This document shows, piece after piece, positions 48,737 to 62,107 of a stretch of DNA of 64,000 bases; positions within the stretch are counted from its first letter, which is position 1; each line of letters begins with the position of its first letter. Below the pieces are notes generated by a model. That model made no database searches. It was not told the DNA's origin and saw only the letters and a list, made by a program, of their open reading frames with translations. The translations under genes were made by a program, and so were the position numbers. Source of the stretch: Lingula anatina (taxonomy: Eukaryota > Animalia > Brachiopoda); contig CM120644.1 in NCBI GenBank assembly GCA_051362555.1, forward strand, positions 14,964,534 to 15,028,533, given 5' to 3'.

Positions 48737-51700
48737 GGCGGGGTGGCTTTAAAAGTCATATCGTGAACTCTAACGGAAACTACAATCATTGCCTCAGTCT
48801 ACACATGAGCGGCCTCGTACCGGTCTATATAAAATATCTCTGATTTCAAACACAGATGGCGCCATAATCGCAATGGCAGCATATGATGAACCGTCATCAA
48901 AACTAAACAAGGATGCCAGGAACTTTCTCAGCAAAATGGGGAGCAAAGAGGCTGGGAGCCTTCGTCACAGGTAAATTAGTGATGTCTTAGGTAGTACATG
49001 TTCTTCCAAAGCTTTCAGGGGTTTAATCTAATGCATATTTACAATGTTGATGTATATTGTATATATACACTGTACGGTATATAAGTTTATGGCATGTTTC
49101 TTTCAGATTGTTCTCTTTTACGTACATTTCTACTTTGATAGTTTCATAGAACAAATGCTTAAACCGTGTACGGTGTTGGAAAGTATTAAATCACAAAATT
49201 TCACAATGTTCAAATAGTGAAGAATGGCATCCTAGTACCTTTGACGCTGCCATTATGCTTTGGTTTTCGTTATCACCGCAAGTTGGCACTTCGCGGTTCC
49301 GAGTTATGACGAGCGCCAATCTAAAGCAGTTTGGCGGGAAGCGAGGTGGTACGATTACAGTACCTGGTACAGAATGGGTAACTCTTCATATGTGTTAATG
49401 TTTTGGCTCGAAACCACAACGCCTAACTACAAACGTCATTAATTTGCCTCACGCTGCTGCAGAAGTCCTGGAATACGAAATGGAATATAATGGCGACTCA
49501 ATGACAGCATGGCTAACAAGACTATGGCCGGTTGACACTTGTAATTTAAAAGCTTCATGAGTGAGAGCAAAACAAATATTCTTATGGCGCAATAATCAAA
49601 ATATGACGGGCAATGATTTGCTGACATATCTGTTTTTATTATTTAAGGGAGCCTTGGGCGTTCATTGCTGTTAAAGGGTCACCATCGGAGACTGTCGAGG
49701 AAAGAGTGAAATACATTAGTAAGTGCGCTTTGATGATTTCTTGTCTGACGTGATGCAGGCATATTATTTTTTATCACATTTTCAACAGGGAATTATCAAA
49801 ATTTAAAGGCGTTATATCCTTCCTAGCAAAGACAATGTTAAAATATTACAATATTATTTGATTCTGCCCTAATTTCTGTTATGGAGGAAAAAAAACAACG
49901 GCAAGTCGTTTCACATCAAAGACATATATTTTACAAGGTTTCGCTAGATTCGATATTATTCATAATCATTTCTGCTCTGTTACACATTCTTAGTTACGTC
50001 AGTAGTTTCTTCAGGCAGCAGCTCAATTCAGCATCCAATGTAACAGTGTCTAACAAATGAATAAATTCATTCTTTTGGGGGAATGAGGCGGTAAATGATC
50101 TTATCCATAAAGTTCATATCGATATGTTCAATGTGTTTTTCTTCTCCAGATCCAACAACGACACACTACGCAACAGCTGAGAAGACGTTCACAAATACAA
50201 ATGGTCAATTTCGGGTCTCCGTGAAAAGCGGATGGAGTGGTTAGTGACCTTTTATGACCGGATTCACATCTAGTTTTCTTCCTTAATTAGATACCCCAAA
50301 GAAATGCCATACTGTATTTTTTCTAAAACATACTAAAGCCGGGCTGTGGTTTTATTTAATATTGAACGCAAATATACTATCCTTAGTACATGTAGATGCG
50401 GGATAGAAATCTTTGGCAAGGAAATTTTCCGCCGGGCTGTATATACATGTAGTTCTTCGTTGACAAAAGTTAAAAATGTATTACCACTTATTTTGTAGCG
50501 GCAACAAAATGGGCCAGTGCGGCATTTGAACTTGGGACCCAAGCGGATGGACACGTGATCACCTTGGCGGATGACGTCAGCAGTTGGAGGGAAGGAGATC
50601 GCGTCGTCATCAGCAGCACTGATGTCTCCATGTATCAGACGGAGGAATTTGTGATTGGAAAATGTGAAAGCTGTAGTCGTTTTCAAATTAAGATTTTGGG
50701 TAAGATCTTATTTTAAAAAAAATAATGCCCAACTTATTATTTTTAATGGTGACCACGTTCCCACGATTCTTCATGATGAAACGGCGTTTCTCTCATCTGT
50801 TTATTATTAGTGCACGTGCTTGTCTTACATATAAACAGTAAGAACGTGATGCTTAATTGTATAAAAATACGCCACTGAACCGGCGGTCGGTGCCCGCACA
50901 TTCACTATAAGACATTGAATATCTGCAATTCACAATAGTCATTGTTGTCGGAGAAAAAAAATAGATTTAAATGCTTTGTTTCAGGTAAGGTGAATTTTCT
51001 CCATTTCGGCGGTTCGTCCTATGGTGTTGACATGCGCGCTGAGGTCGGAATACTCAGCAGGAATATCTTGATCAAGGGAGAAATGGAGTCGAAATGCTAC
51101 GGAAACAATCGTTGCCAGTTCTTCGATCATGACACGTTCGGTGGGCATATGCAGGTAAGTTTTTATGTCTATCATTGGAACATATTGCCTGTTTCCTTGC
51201 GTGATTTACCGGTAATTACTCGGCTTAAAAATATGTGCTTTAGTATTTTATGTAATTTTGATTCCCTTTCGGGTTAGCTTATTATTATATGTAAATGGTT
51301 TATTCTTTTATTATTATTATTTTTTTTGTTATTCTTCTCTTTATTATTATTATTATTATCATTATCGTATAAAGATTCAAATGAAACCACACAGTTTTGG
51401 TAATTTTCAAGCCACAAAAAGCATCACTGAATTTCCAGCCATAAAGAAAAAAGGAAAACGTAGATGCATCATTGATGCTAATACAATCTGGCACGTTCGC
51501 TGTCTCGATTTTCTTGTTGTTTTCCTGCTTTTTTAGATTCTAAAAGGCTTCAAATCTGTCCATCTTTCCGGGGTGGAGTTATTCAATATGGGTCAACAAA
51601 TCATCGGAAGATACCCTGTTCATTTCCACATGTGTGGTGACGTGGACGAACATGGTGGCTATAAAAACCCTACGTGGGTGAAAGACCTGTCCATCCACAA

Positions 51701-53448
51701 GTCCTTCAGTCGCTGTGTCACCATTCACGCTACTCACGGACTCTTGGTGAGACAGATTATTTGACAGTGTCAGTTTAGTGTCTCAACTGTCTGTTTGCAT
51801 GTCTGTCTATCTGACATTTACTTTCGCGACGAACACCTGCACATGATTTTAAAGGCAAACCCACGTTAGTATGTAAGTCAGAGAAGAAGAATTGCATTAG
51901 CTGAGTTATGTTATAAGAGTGAAGTAATTTTTCTTCAATCAACAGCTTGATATTGAAATAATTACCTCCAATATTTCCAATATTCCCTGATGAAGATGTT
52001 CTGTTAGACATCGACATATTGGAGGTAACTATTTCAGTTTTAAGCCGTTGACTGAAGGAAAATCACTTCAGTATTTCAAATCCATTTTAATTGATCAATT
52101 ATCATTTTACTCCGATATCATTAGCTGTTGCCCTTAGCTTTTTCATTCAGAAAATTTCACATTTTTTCCACCGAAATATCATATATATTTCACAGGTCCA
52201 GAATGTCGTTGGCTACAGCACACTCGGTCATTGCTTCTTCCTGGAGGACGGCAATGAGCAGAGGAACACTCTGGACCATAACCTGGGTCTGCTTACTAAC
52301 CCCGGCACCATTCTCCCTTCTGAGAGAGACACCAAAATGTGCACCACCATAAGAGAGAACGTTATCGCTGGATATACGCCTTCGAAAACTGATTGCAAGT
52401 ACGTGGCGAATGTCGGTCGGTATTCAATTCTTTTTCCTACTTGACAAGCACAGCCTCTCTCTCGTGTGTGTGCGAGTGCGTGTGTATGCGTGTGTGTACG
52501 CGCGTGCCTCTTGGAATGTCGGTTCTAGACGAGTACTGAGAATATTTTGAATATTTTGTGATAAACCAACTTTAAGCTTAACCTATTTTCGTTTTAAATA
52601 TCAACTTTAATAGCTGTATATTCGTCTAGGTTTGGGGAGGGGGGGGGGGGGGGGTTAGTCCATAAAATGTATTAATCAAATGCCAATAGCTATGCATGTA
52701 ATTCACTTGGCTGTTACAGCGCAGTGACCACCTTCTGGATAGCACACCCAAACAACACCTTTATCAACAACGCGGCTGGAGGCTCAGCGGTGAGTTAAAA
52801 CCAGGACAATCGTTCTCAATATTATTATGAAAATGAAAACTATATTACAATGAGTTAACTACAGATGATCAGATGAAAAAGGAAACCCAATGTTAAAATA
52901 AGATCATTTTGCGCAATGCGTAGTGTTTGCAGAATTGCAAGGGTAATTTCTCTCGCTTTGATAGAATTTTTTTTTATGAAACGTTGCACACGCATATATT
53001 CTTTTGTTATTATCTGCACGTTAAAACTAAAATGATAACAGACATGAAATACACTCTATCTGAAAAAAATGCACACAAAAGATAGCGCTATATACTAAAG
53101 CATAACAACAGATGAACTATTCCTATTAAAACTTTAATGTCAACCGCTTCAATAATTTTTAAAGGCACCCATCAATTCCAGGGCGTCGGCTACTGGTTTG
53201 CGTTCCACAAAGAACCCACAGGGGCCTCCAAGGGAACTCTACCACAGCGTCACGGAGAAAGAACGCCAATTGGGAAATTTTATAACAACAGGGCCCATTC
53301 TAACATGGGAAAAGTATGTATGACTGTGACCTAAATTCTTGAAATGTATTGATACCGGTAGCTTCAGATTTTAACCATACTTCGTTTGGACCAGAGGCGG
53401 AAAATGTTCTTATATCCTTGGTTTTCTTGCTTTGTGCTTTATGCATGT

Positions 53449-53489
<41 letters not shown>

Positions 53490-56381
53490 GAGGGGGGGAG
53501 GGAGTGCCTCCGAAGTAATTTGAATCCAATATTGAAGTAATTTAATATTCAACACAGTTAAAAAAAACTAAAGTAGCAAAAGGGTGAAATTCAAGGTCAA
53601 ATGTTTTCGGTAATTCATGAGTCAGTTTTATCAAATCTGTCTATGCCTTAAAGGAACTTCACGACAAGCCATTGTAATTGGAATGAATCGCAACTGAGTT
53701 TGTTTTGGAACGTAGTTTCAATTTTCCAAAACGCAAAATGTGTACTATGTATATTAATGATATTGTAATTTATTTTTTTTTCGATCGTGTTGCAGGCCTC
53801 ATTGATGTTGGACGAGGGGGTTAAGACCACACCTTCTACGTCACGGTCACCTGCTGAGTATCTGTCCATGACAGGCGCTAGGTATAAACAAATTATTCTA
53901 ATAGACAGACCCTTGCAAACCTCTCTTATATTTCGGAAGACCAGTTAAGGGGGATCGATACGTTAGGATTTTTTCCCTTATCCGCTTAGATAATGCAAAC
54001 ATAAATATTGTTAAGTTATGAGATAATGCTGTTGCATCAGAAATATATCGGGGTGAATTTGTTAACTCGACCTAATGATGTAACTGTTCAATAGCGTTTT
54101 GGGGGTAAAAACTAATAGCAATTTCAAATAGATATTCCTCATCTAAACAACTATCAACAACACATTAACACCTGTTTAATTACAACACAGCAAGTACGTG
54201 TACTACAATCTGGTGCCAGGAAATTTTCTTGAAAGATTTACTTCTGTTTTTACGTATTCAGGCACGCTCCACACGTGGATGCCAATCTAAATAAACCAAG
54301 ATCCCCTTCTATCATCGACCGCTTCACAGCGTACAAGACAACAGGCCACGGCATATGGGCGCGTGGAGGTGAAATTATCATTCAAAACTCAAGGTTCTTA
54401 TATAAATTTTTAGCTCACTTTGTCATCTTTGTTTACCTGCTGTTATCATTGTTTGCCATTTATTTATTTTTGATGTATTTATTCATTTTTGTTGATCAAA
54501 TTAATGAAAATATCCATGGTATAGTACGCGTTAACTCCCTACATTAGCAAATTTTTCATGGCTGTTTTTTATGTGTTTCTGATGCTAAAAGCGGAGCGAT
54601 AAGATGTAAAATAGTGTAATTCTCACTTGCTGAACTTTTGAATTTAAAACTGAGCAAGATTATGTGATGCTATTTCCCATTATCACAAAGGGAAAGTTAC
54701 GTGCTACAAAATAATATATATTAAAACCCTGATTCTTTATGCCTTTTCAACAGGTTTGCGGACGTAACTACTGGCATTATTCTAGCAAGGTATTGTACTA
54801 TCATCCTCAAAACCACAAATCTGGCTGCTGTGTATTATAACTTTTATTAATTTATTCTCTTTACATGCATATCTACATGGATTTGTAAGTTTTCAAGGAA
54901 ATTAAGATGTAGTCTGCAAGATATTCGTAATCGTTTCCCTAAAAAACATTTTTTTTTTACTTTATATTTTTGTGTACGGATCTTTGGTCGAAACAGGGTT
55001 AAAATAATTAGTTATACCCTATCTGAAACCGTTCACAGAATAACGGTCAACAGGCCCGTCATTAAGTACAAAGTTTCCCCTTACTTAGACACTCTGGTAG
55101 TGGATATTATGGGAGACCGGGGCTAGTTGGACCCCGGGGTAAGTTGGCCCCCCCGTCAATTTATGACAAAGTAACTACGAGGTAAAAAAAATTGGCCACA
55201 TACTCTTGTAAAGTGACCGTAGCCTACAATGCTAAGGAATTGTCGGACGTTAAAAAGTTTTACTTAAGCGGTGAGTCAAATTAAGTATTTTTGCACCTAA
55301 AAGTAATTTTGTTAAAGAGATTTAAAAATCTATTTCATAGGATTTTGATTGAATATAATATATGTATAGGGCATCAAACTGAAGCTCATTGTTTCAAGTT
55401 TCACAGAGACGTATCATCGTTGCTCATTCTAGCACCATAAATGGCTGCCATCCTTTAAAATTAAAAGTGTGCACCCGGGGCTAGTTGGCCTCCTTGACTC
55501 GGGGCAAGTTGGACCCTCATATTACCCACAAACCTTTGCGCGCAACACAGCTAGAGACCATTGTTGAAACAAACTCAATGGTTTAAAACTGAATATGTTA
55601 CTTTCTTTTAAAACGAAAATTTATTATTCGTATTCATTCATTAAAAACCTGCTTTATACCATTAGTAATTAATTCTTTATTAAAATAAAACAAATTTATC
55701 AATAGATATTCTGCTTCTTGCAACACATACCCCCCCCCACAACGTGACGTACGGAAACCTCAGTAAATCTGCCTCATTTGAACTATTTATTCATCAAAGA
55801 CTCTCAAAAGTCAATTTAATAAATTAAAAATGTATAAAAATGTATTACAAGGCGTTAACGTGGGATATTTACTCCATTTTTGTATAGGGGGCCAACTTGC
55901 CCCCCCCCTCTGACGTCAACTGCGTTTTTTGTCAAATTGTGAGCCATCTGGCATTATATTTGAAAAATAATGACGTTGCATACGTAGCTTAGTTCATGGG
56001 GCTTACTTTGAAACCGGTTTTGTTACTCTTACTCATTCCTTGTTGGCTCTACAAGGCCAAAAGTGTCTAACTGGGCCAACTAGTCCCGGTCTCCTCTATA
56101 CTGTAGAAGTGAACGTATTTTTCTCGTGTCGGTATAAATCAAAGCCATTCACATTACTTACAGTGAAGGAGTTACCCCGTTCGATCCAGGAAGCCACCAG
56201 GCGATTAGAGACACCATCTTTGTCGGCGAGAGCGAGAACAGGGGGTCCAAAAACCTGAAAATAAGCAACAGGAATTGGGCAGCTGGCTTTGATGGAAAGA
56301 TGCGAATGTTTCCCAGCGACAGGTGAATAGAACGCTGTTTACATCTACATACACATGCCGCAGGGCTAATACATGTATCAA

Positions 56382-56414
<33 letters not shown>

Positions 56415-56495
56415 GATTGCTGGTGCCGATTTTATGAAACTTGCGTGAGTCGGACAGGAATCAGTCAACTACCGGGTGCTAATACTTAAGGAAAA

Positions 56496-56573
<78 letters not shown>

Positions 56574-59210
56574 GCAACCACACAAATTGAAACACGTTGA
56601 TTTACTCTTTAAAAAATGAGTGGACGGCGACGAAAATTAAACAAAAACTTTTGGAGTAAACGTGGAAAGTCCATTATTTGTTATCGCAAAACATTAGGGG
56701 TAAAATTGGATAAATTTAAAGTGGTTGAAAATTGCAAACAGCTTCAAATGCCACTGCGTCATATAATGTACACATTCAAAGAATCAAACATCTACATGAA
56801 CCTACAGTTATCAATAATGTACTGCCAGTACATGTACATGTAAACAGTTAATTATAATCTCCAGAACAAATCCAAAGAGGGGTGTTGGTGTATACGACGG
56901 CCCTATCACCGTAGAAAGATGTCAGTTCAAGCGTTTTAAAAGCCAATACAACAAAGCCACGGCGGCCATTGGGTTCTTCCTGCTCAACGGCTGGCAGATA
57001 GCTACCACAAGCCGGTTCACCGATGTGTCATTTGATGACGTGGTAAGCACATGTTCTCCTGTGACAAACGATTAGTATCTGTTATTTAATCCGCCTGCCC
57101 CGCGATGGACGCTCAATAAAACTATCAGCAGCGTGTGTGGCAATCGTAATGAGAGTGGCCTTGTCACCACACACCGGTAACCGATATGACACCTACAGTG
57201 CAACTTCCGTCCCACGTGCCGACTTTAGTATTTATAAATAAGTATCTCTGTAACTTAGCATTGTCATTTCCTCTCTCTTTTCCTCTATTTAAGCCAACGC
57301 ATACATATTTTATTTGATAAAACAGTCATTTAAAATAGAATTGTACCGAAATAAATAATAGACAAATAAATAAATATCGTTGTTTTATTTACAATGCTTT
57401 TTGATTATATCTGATGCGAATAATGTATTGAATGAATTATAATTATTATTATTAATCCTGACATTCATTTACATTGGGTCGTGGTCAAAAGTCTGATTCA
57501 TTTATTTTCAGAGTCGCCGTGCTTGGTTTGGCCGCATTCCTTCTGGATCTTACTCTAAAAGGGCAGACAAAGATGGCGACAAAGTTCAGATTTTCAAAGA
57601 TGAGGACGGTTCCGTTACTGGGTACAAGGACTCCTTTGTCATTCGAGCAGACAACTATCTTCTCCGCCATGATGGCTGTGTCGAAAAGCCAGAGTGGAAC
57701 GCCGCAATCTGTAAAGGGTCTTATGCACAAGTGAGTTGGAATTAAATTATCGAGGTACATTAGGGGAGTAAAGACACAGGCAGAATAAAGTTTAAAACAA
57801 TCATACTTTTCATCATACTTTACATCACTGGGCCCTTTGATATTTTACTCTTTTACATCTCAAAACATCTAAAAAGATTAATGTTCCATTTTTTATCTTA
57901 ATTGCTTTTAAGATTTTATTTTTCTCAGCGCTTTACATCTGTACACGGAAATCATGGAATAAATACAGTAAATATGGTCACATTTAAATCTTTCTTTTGT
58001 CTAAATCTTTTAATTGATATATCACTGAAATAATAAGAACTCCGACTACCGACAACACTACTCACATCTCCAATATTGTCGAATGGATTGAAGTTCTTAG
58101 AAACATTTTCATATGCACTATTTCTTATTTATTTATTTATTAATTTATTTATTTATTCACATCTCTCACGCTGATTAATTAATTGAAGTACTTTAAACAT
58201 TTCCGTTATTTCCAGATGTGGGTTAAAGCAAAGAACAAGCAACTCCGCATGAGTATGACCCGTACCGACCACCCAGACAAACCGCTTCAACTGGAAAGCC
58301 CCAAGAGAACCAGCAGAGATCCTTGGAACCAGTATCAGCCTTCCATGCTACTGGGTCAGACCTATACCATCCACTGGGACGGCACCTCACCAGCTAGCGT
58401 GCAGCTGCACCCAATTAACTTCAACAAGTAACTTTTATTTATTTATTTATTTATTTAACCTATACCATCCACTGGGACGGCACCTCGCTGCTAGCGTACA
58501 GCTGCCCCCCATTAACTTCAACAAGTAATATATCTATTTATTTATTTATTTATTTATTTAACCTATACCGTCCACTGGAACGGCAACTCACCTGCTAGCG
58601 TACAGCTGCCCCCCCCCCCCCCCCCCCCCCATTAACTTCAACAAGTAAAATATTTGTTTATTTATTTATTTATTTAATCTATACCATCCACTGGGACGGG
58701 GAATCGTCTGCTAGGGTGCAGCTTCACCCCATTAACTTCAACAAGTAAAATATTTATTTATTTATTTACTTATTTATTTATTTATTTGTTTATTATTTTA
58801 CCTTTACTATCATCTTGGGAGGCACCTCGCCTGCTAACGTGCAGCTGCATCCCATTAACGTCAAGAAGTAAAATGTATTTATTCATTTATTCTTCTGTTT
58901 GTATATAGGCAAAATACCGACAGATACATGTACGTAGGACCTTTATTTATAGCGCAATTTCCGACACTGAATCATTAAATAGTCAATTTTAAAACGCACT
59001 TTTGGTACTGGATATTTTCTGTCTTCCAGAAATGACAACATAATAGTTGGACTATGTTATCCCGCTGGCACCACCTTCAAAATCCGATACCAGCGTCTGA
59101 ACCGGCGAACACCCATCAAGACACTAACTTCTGTCAACTCGTTGACAGGGGTGAAAAACGGGAACGGTGGAGTGTATTTCTGGGATGGACAAGTGGGGTG
59201 AGGACTTGGG

Positions 59211-59249
<39 letters not shown>

Positions 59250-59319
59250 TCGCGTAGCTTTTATCAGTAGTAGCAGAAGTAGTATTGCTGTTATAACCTT
59301 GTTAAAAGTATCCGTCTGC

Positions 59320-59389
<70 letters not shown>

Positions 59390-59678
59390 CGGACGGTCTT
59401 TGTACCTCAAAATAAAGCCCCACTGTTGTCCTTTATAGCACAATGCTCCATCCAACATACGGGTATTTTTCTCAATGGCATTATCATTTTTTTTTTCAAG
59501 ACTGCTGTTTCTTAAACTCACTACGGAATATAACAGAGATGGGTGGAATTACTGCTCTACCCAGGGCTGTGAGTACATCTCCATCGAGGCCACAATACCA
59601 AATGGCGCCACCAGCGTCTGCCCAGGACAGGCCTATCCGAAGTATCAGGCCAAGCCTGCCAGCATTTTAATCGGCTGA
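45342..59678 (+). CDS. Secreted CEMIP/TMEM2-like protein (G8 + GG + PbH1 beta-helix; hyaluronidase-like family), 23 exons, about 1085 codons; possible premature stop at the exon 2/3 junction
   Basis: Exons 45342-45384, 46418-46573, 46933-47035, 47654-47814, 48197-48361, 48856-48970, 49648-49718, 50150-50239, 50499-50699, 50985-51154, 51537-51746, 52196-52398, 52720-52789, 53182-53313, 53796-53881, 54262-54393, 54754-54789, 56164-56322, 56865-57042, 57512-57730, 58216-58427, 59030-59197, 59501-59678 (sum 3258 nt). Motifs GGELHIGS, VDMRAEVGILSRNI, GRYPVHFHMCGDVD, GHCFFLEDG, FWIAHPNN, YDGP, DGDK..DGSVTG. Confidence 0.9.
55110..56096. mobile_element. Non-autonomous DNA transposon, about 1 kb, TA-flanked (Tc1/mariner-pogo type by inference)
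   Basis: TIR GGGAGACCGGGGCTAGTTGG / CCAACTAGTCCCGGTCTCC with internal repeats of CGGGG(C/T)(T/A)AGTTGG; lies in an intron of the CEMIP-like gene. Confidence 0.75.
58360..58890 (+). repeat. Tandem array (5 units) of an exon 3' end + splice donor + (TTTA)n
   Basis: Unit ACCTATACCATCCACTGGGACGGCACCTC..ATTAACTTCAACAAGTAA occurs once as the true exon end and four times, degenerate, in the intron. Confidence 0.92.
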
Positions 59679-59889
59679 TCCAGCAGTGACATGATAGGTC
59701 AAAAACATTTTATCTTGTCCTTGCCTTGCTTATGTTTATTAGTGTAAGATACTGAAATTGGAACATGCACATGCTTAAAATGGCAACTGTTATCAAAAAC
59801 ATGTCGAAGTGGTGGGAATTGCGTGTTATGTTAGTGAATTCGAAATAAAATGAATGAAAATAAAACAAATGCACTGCTTATTGAGATAA

Positions 59890-59928
<39 letters not shown>

Positions 59929-60349
59929 ATTGATTGTCTAGTAATCCTCCATTTTCACACGCGTTTTCCTCGTTCCTTTCTTCCTATCTTTTTCCAACAG
60001 GCTAATCCAGGCATTATTTTAGGGGGAGCGAAGGTTAATATACGTACATTATATACTTTGTCCCCCTTGCGTACACGATACGGCATGACTGGGTGGCTTT
60101 AGAGTACGATCACATTGATACGCTAGATAAAAGTTGAAGATGCTAAAGATCTATAAAATAAAAATCAAATATATAGAAATGACAAATATAACTGTATTAA
60201 TTTGGAAACGGTCCTTGATGCTTTTGTTATGTATATGACATACCCTGTATATGAACCCGTTAAATGACAATAAATGTCTGATAGCGACCATGCATGTAAG
60301 CGATGCAAAATGGCATGCAGTGTAACCCACTTCATGTATATATAAAGAC

Positions 60350-60566
60350 AATGGCGGATTTAGAGGGGAATGGGGTCAGGGGGGTCCTGACCCCCTCCCC
60401 CTCCGATTTCTGGTCCCCTCTTCCAATTAGATTTTTGACTAGCTGAATCAAAGTTCTAAACCGTACCAAATGGCACTGTTCGCCCTCTAAAATACCAAAA
60501 AAAATTAGGGAACCTTCGGCGGGCTTCGCATCCGCCCCCCTTCAAATAATCCTGGATCTGCCCCTG
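60350..60566. mobile_element. GC-rich-ended MITE
   Basis: CAATGGCGGATTTAG ... CTGGATCTGCCCCTG imperfect TIRs; related ends at about 9010-9022 and 32650-32663. Confidence 0.5.
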
Positions 60567-62107
60567 AAAGGTGATAGGCGATCCGAAATGCGGAGATTAA
60601 GAATGCACTATCATACACATTTAGCTGAAAAAAATGCACAAATGTGTCTCAGGGTCAGTTGGATTAATAGATATAAACATGAATGAATGATTAATAAACA
60701 TAATTCAATAAATAACAGTGAAAACTTGAAAAAAAAAGCATTAAGGACAAAAGCAGACAAAAAGATACACTTTACCAAATTCATGGTCACAGCCACAAAC
60801 TTCCATTCTTTGCATAAACAAAAAGAACTGCATACTACAACAAGGAAGAAAAAAACAGACAACGACGCATAGACATCGGGAGTTTTGATCGTGATAGCCC
60901 TAAGCGCGCATGCGTCAGCATCAGTCATTTCAATATGTGGGTGTCCTTCGATTCGGCGATTTGGTGATTCGATCCGACACGCGACAAGAACAGCAATTAT
61001 GGCCCGTGTTCGTGTTCTGATAATTGGGGAAGTAGAAGCCCCTCTCTCCATTTCAGCTGCATAATGCCTGATCACACGTAAACTGATGGATTTGTGATTT
61101 GCATTAATACCCTCTTGCACGGGATGAAGGTGTTGACACTAAGTTATTTTCACCTTTTTCATTCGCCCTTAATCGTGTTCATATCCTCGGTATTTGTCTT
61201 TTAAGAATGAATACTACGCAACGCCAACTAAATATTATGACATTTATGCCATTACATCAGAACATGTATCCGAAATATAAGGAAATATAAGCAATTTACA
61301 CCCTCTTCGGAATCTGATACGGGTAGGCCTGCAATACGTACATTTTGAAAGAAAAAAATACATGTTAGCACAGAAACAATAAGTTTGGTTCATAAACTCT
61401 GACTGAGACACTTGTCTTAGTCTCAGAACAATCCGTTTGGTAATCTAGGCTAAATAATCTATCAGCCTACTCCAGAACCTTTTTAATCAAGGGGTGGTGA
61501 TTGAAAAACGATAAAGTGGGGCTTTACAGCTTTGAGCATCATGCATATCGCGGAAAAAAATCACATTATATGTGGCGGTTTCTTTAACATAGACCAACGA
61601 CTGTTTAGAGTAGGAAATGTCATTACTCCCATTTCCTTGTAGCTTGTTGACATACATGTACAAGTACTTCCTCTAACGGCACGACTCAGTCCACTATAAA
61701 AAGGGACGTGCTTGTCCCTGGAGGTCAGTTTCGGAAGGACATCGGACATTGACCGACCATAACCGCACAGCAGTGGACACTTGAGGTACTAGCACTAAAG
61801 CTCTCATGAGAAGTTCGTGCTTGAATGTTTCTAACAGATAACTGGTTCGAATTTGCTATCTTTTTCGACATGAAAACATTTGCATTAGTATTGTGCTGGA
61901 CATGTACGACTCTAATAATGACCTTTTTTTTGCCTATGGACACTTGCTGGGAGATATTTAGCGAAAGGAGTATAGTTGGGATTACGGCAAAGTATTAAGC
62001 TATATTTATTTATTTTGAGTGCAGAGATTCATGTTTCCCTCTATTAATAGTGATGTCCTCGCACTGCTAAATCGAACCCTTATATTAGTTGTCTTTTCTC
62101 TATAGCT

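Noticed and set aside
60611-61120. 169-aa minus-strand ORF
   Set aside because: Low-complexity, no recognisable domain and no splice context.
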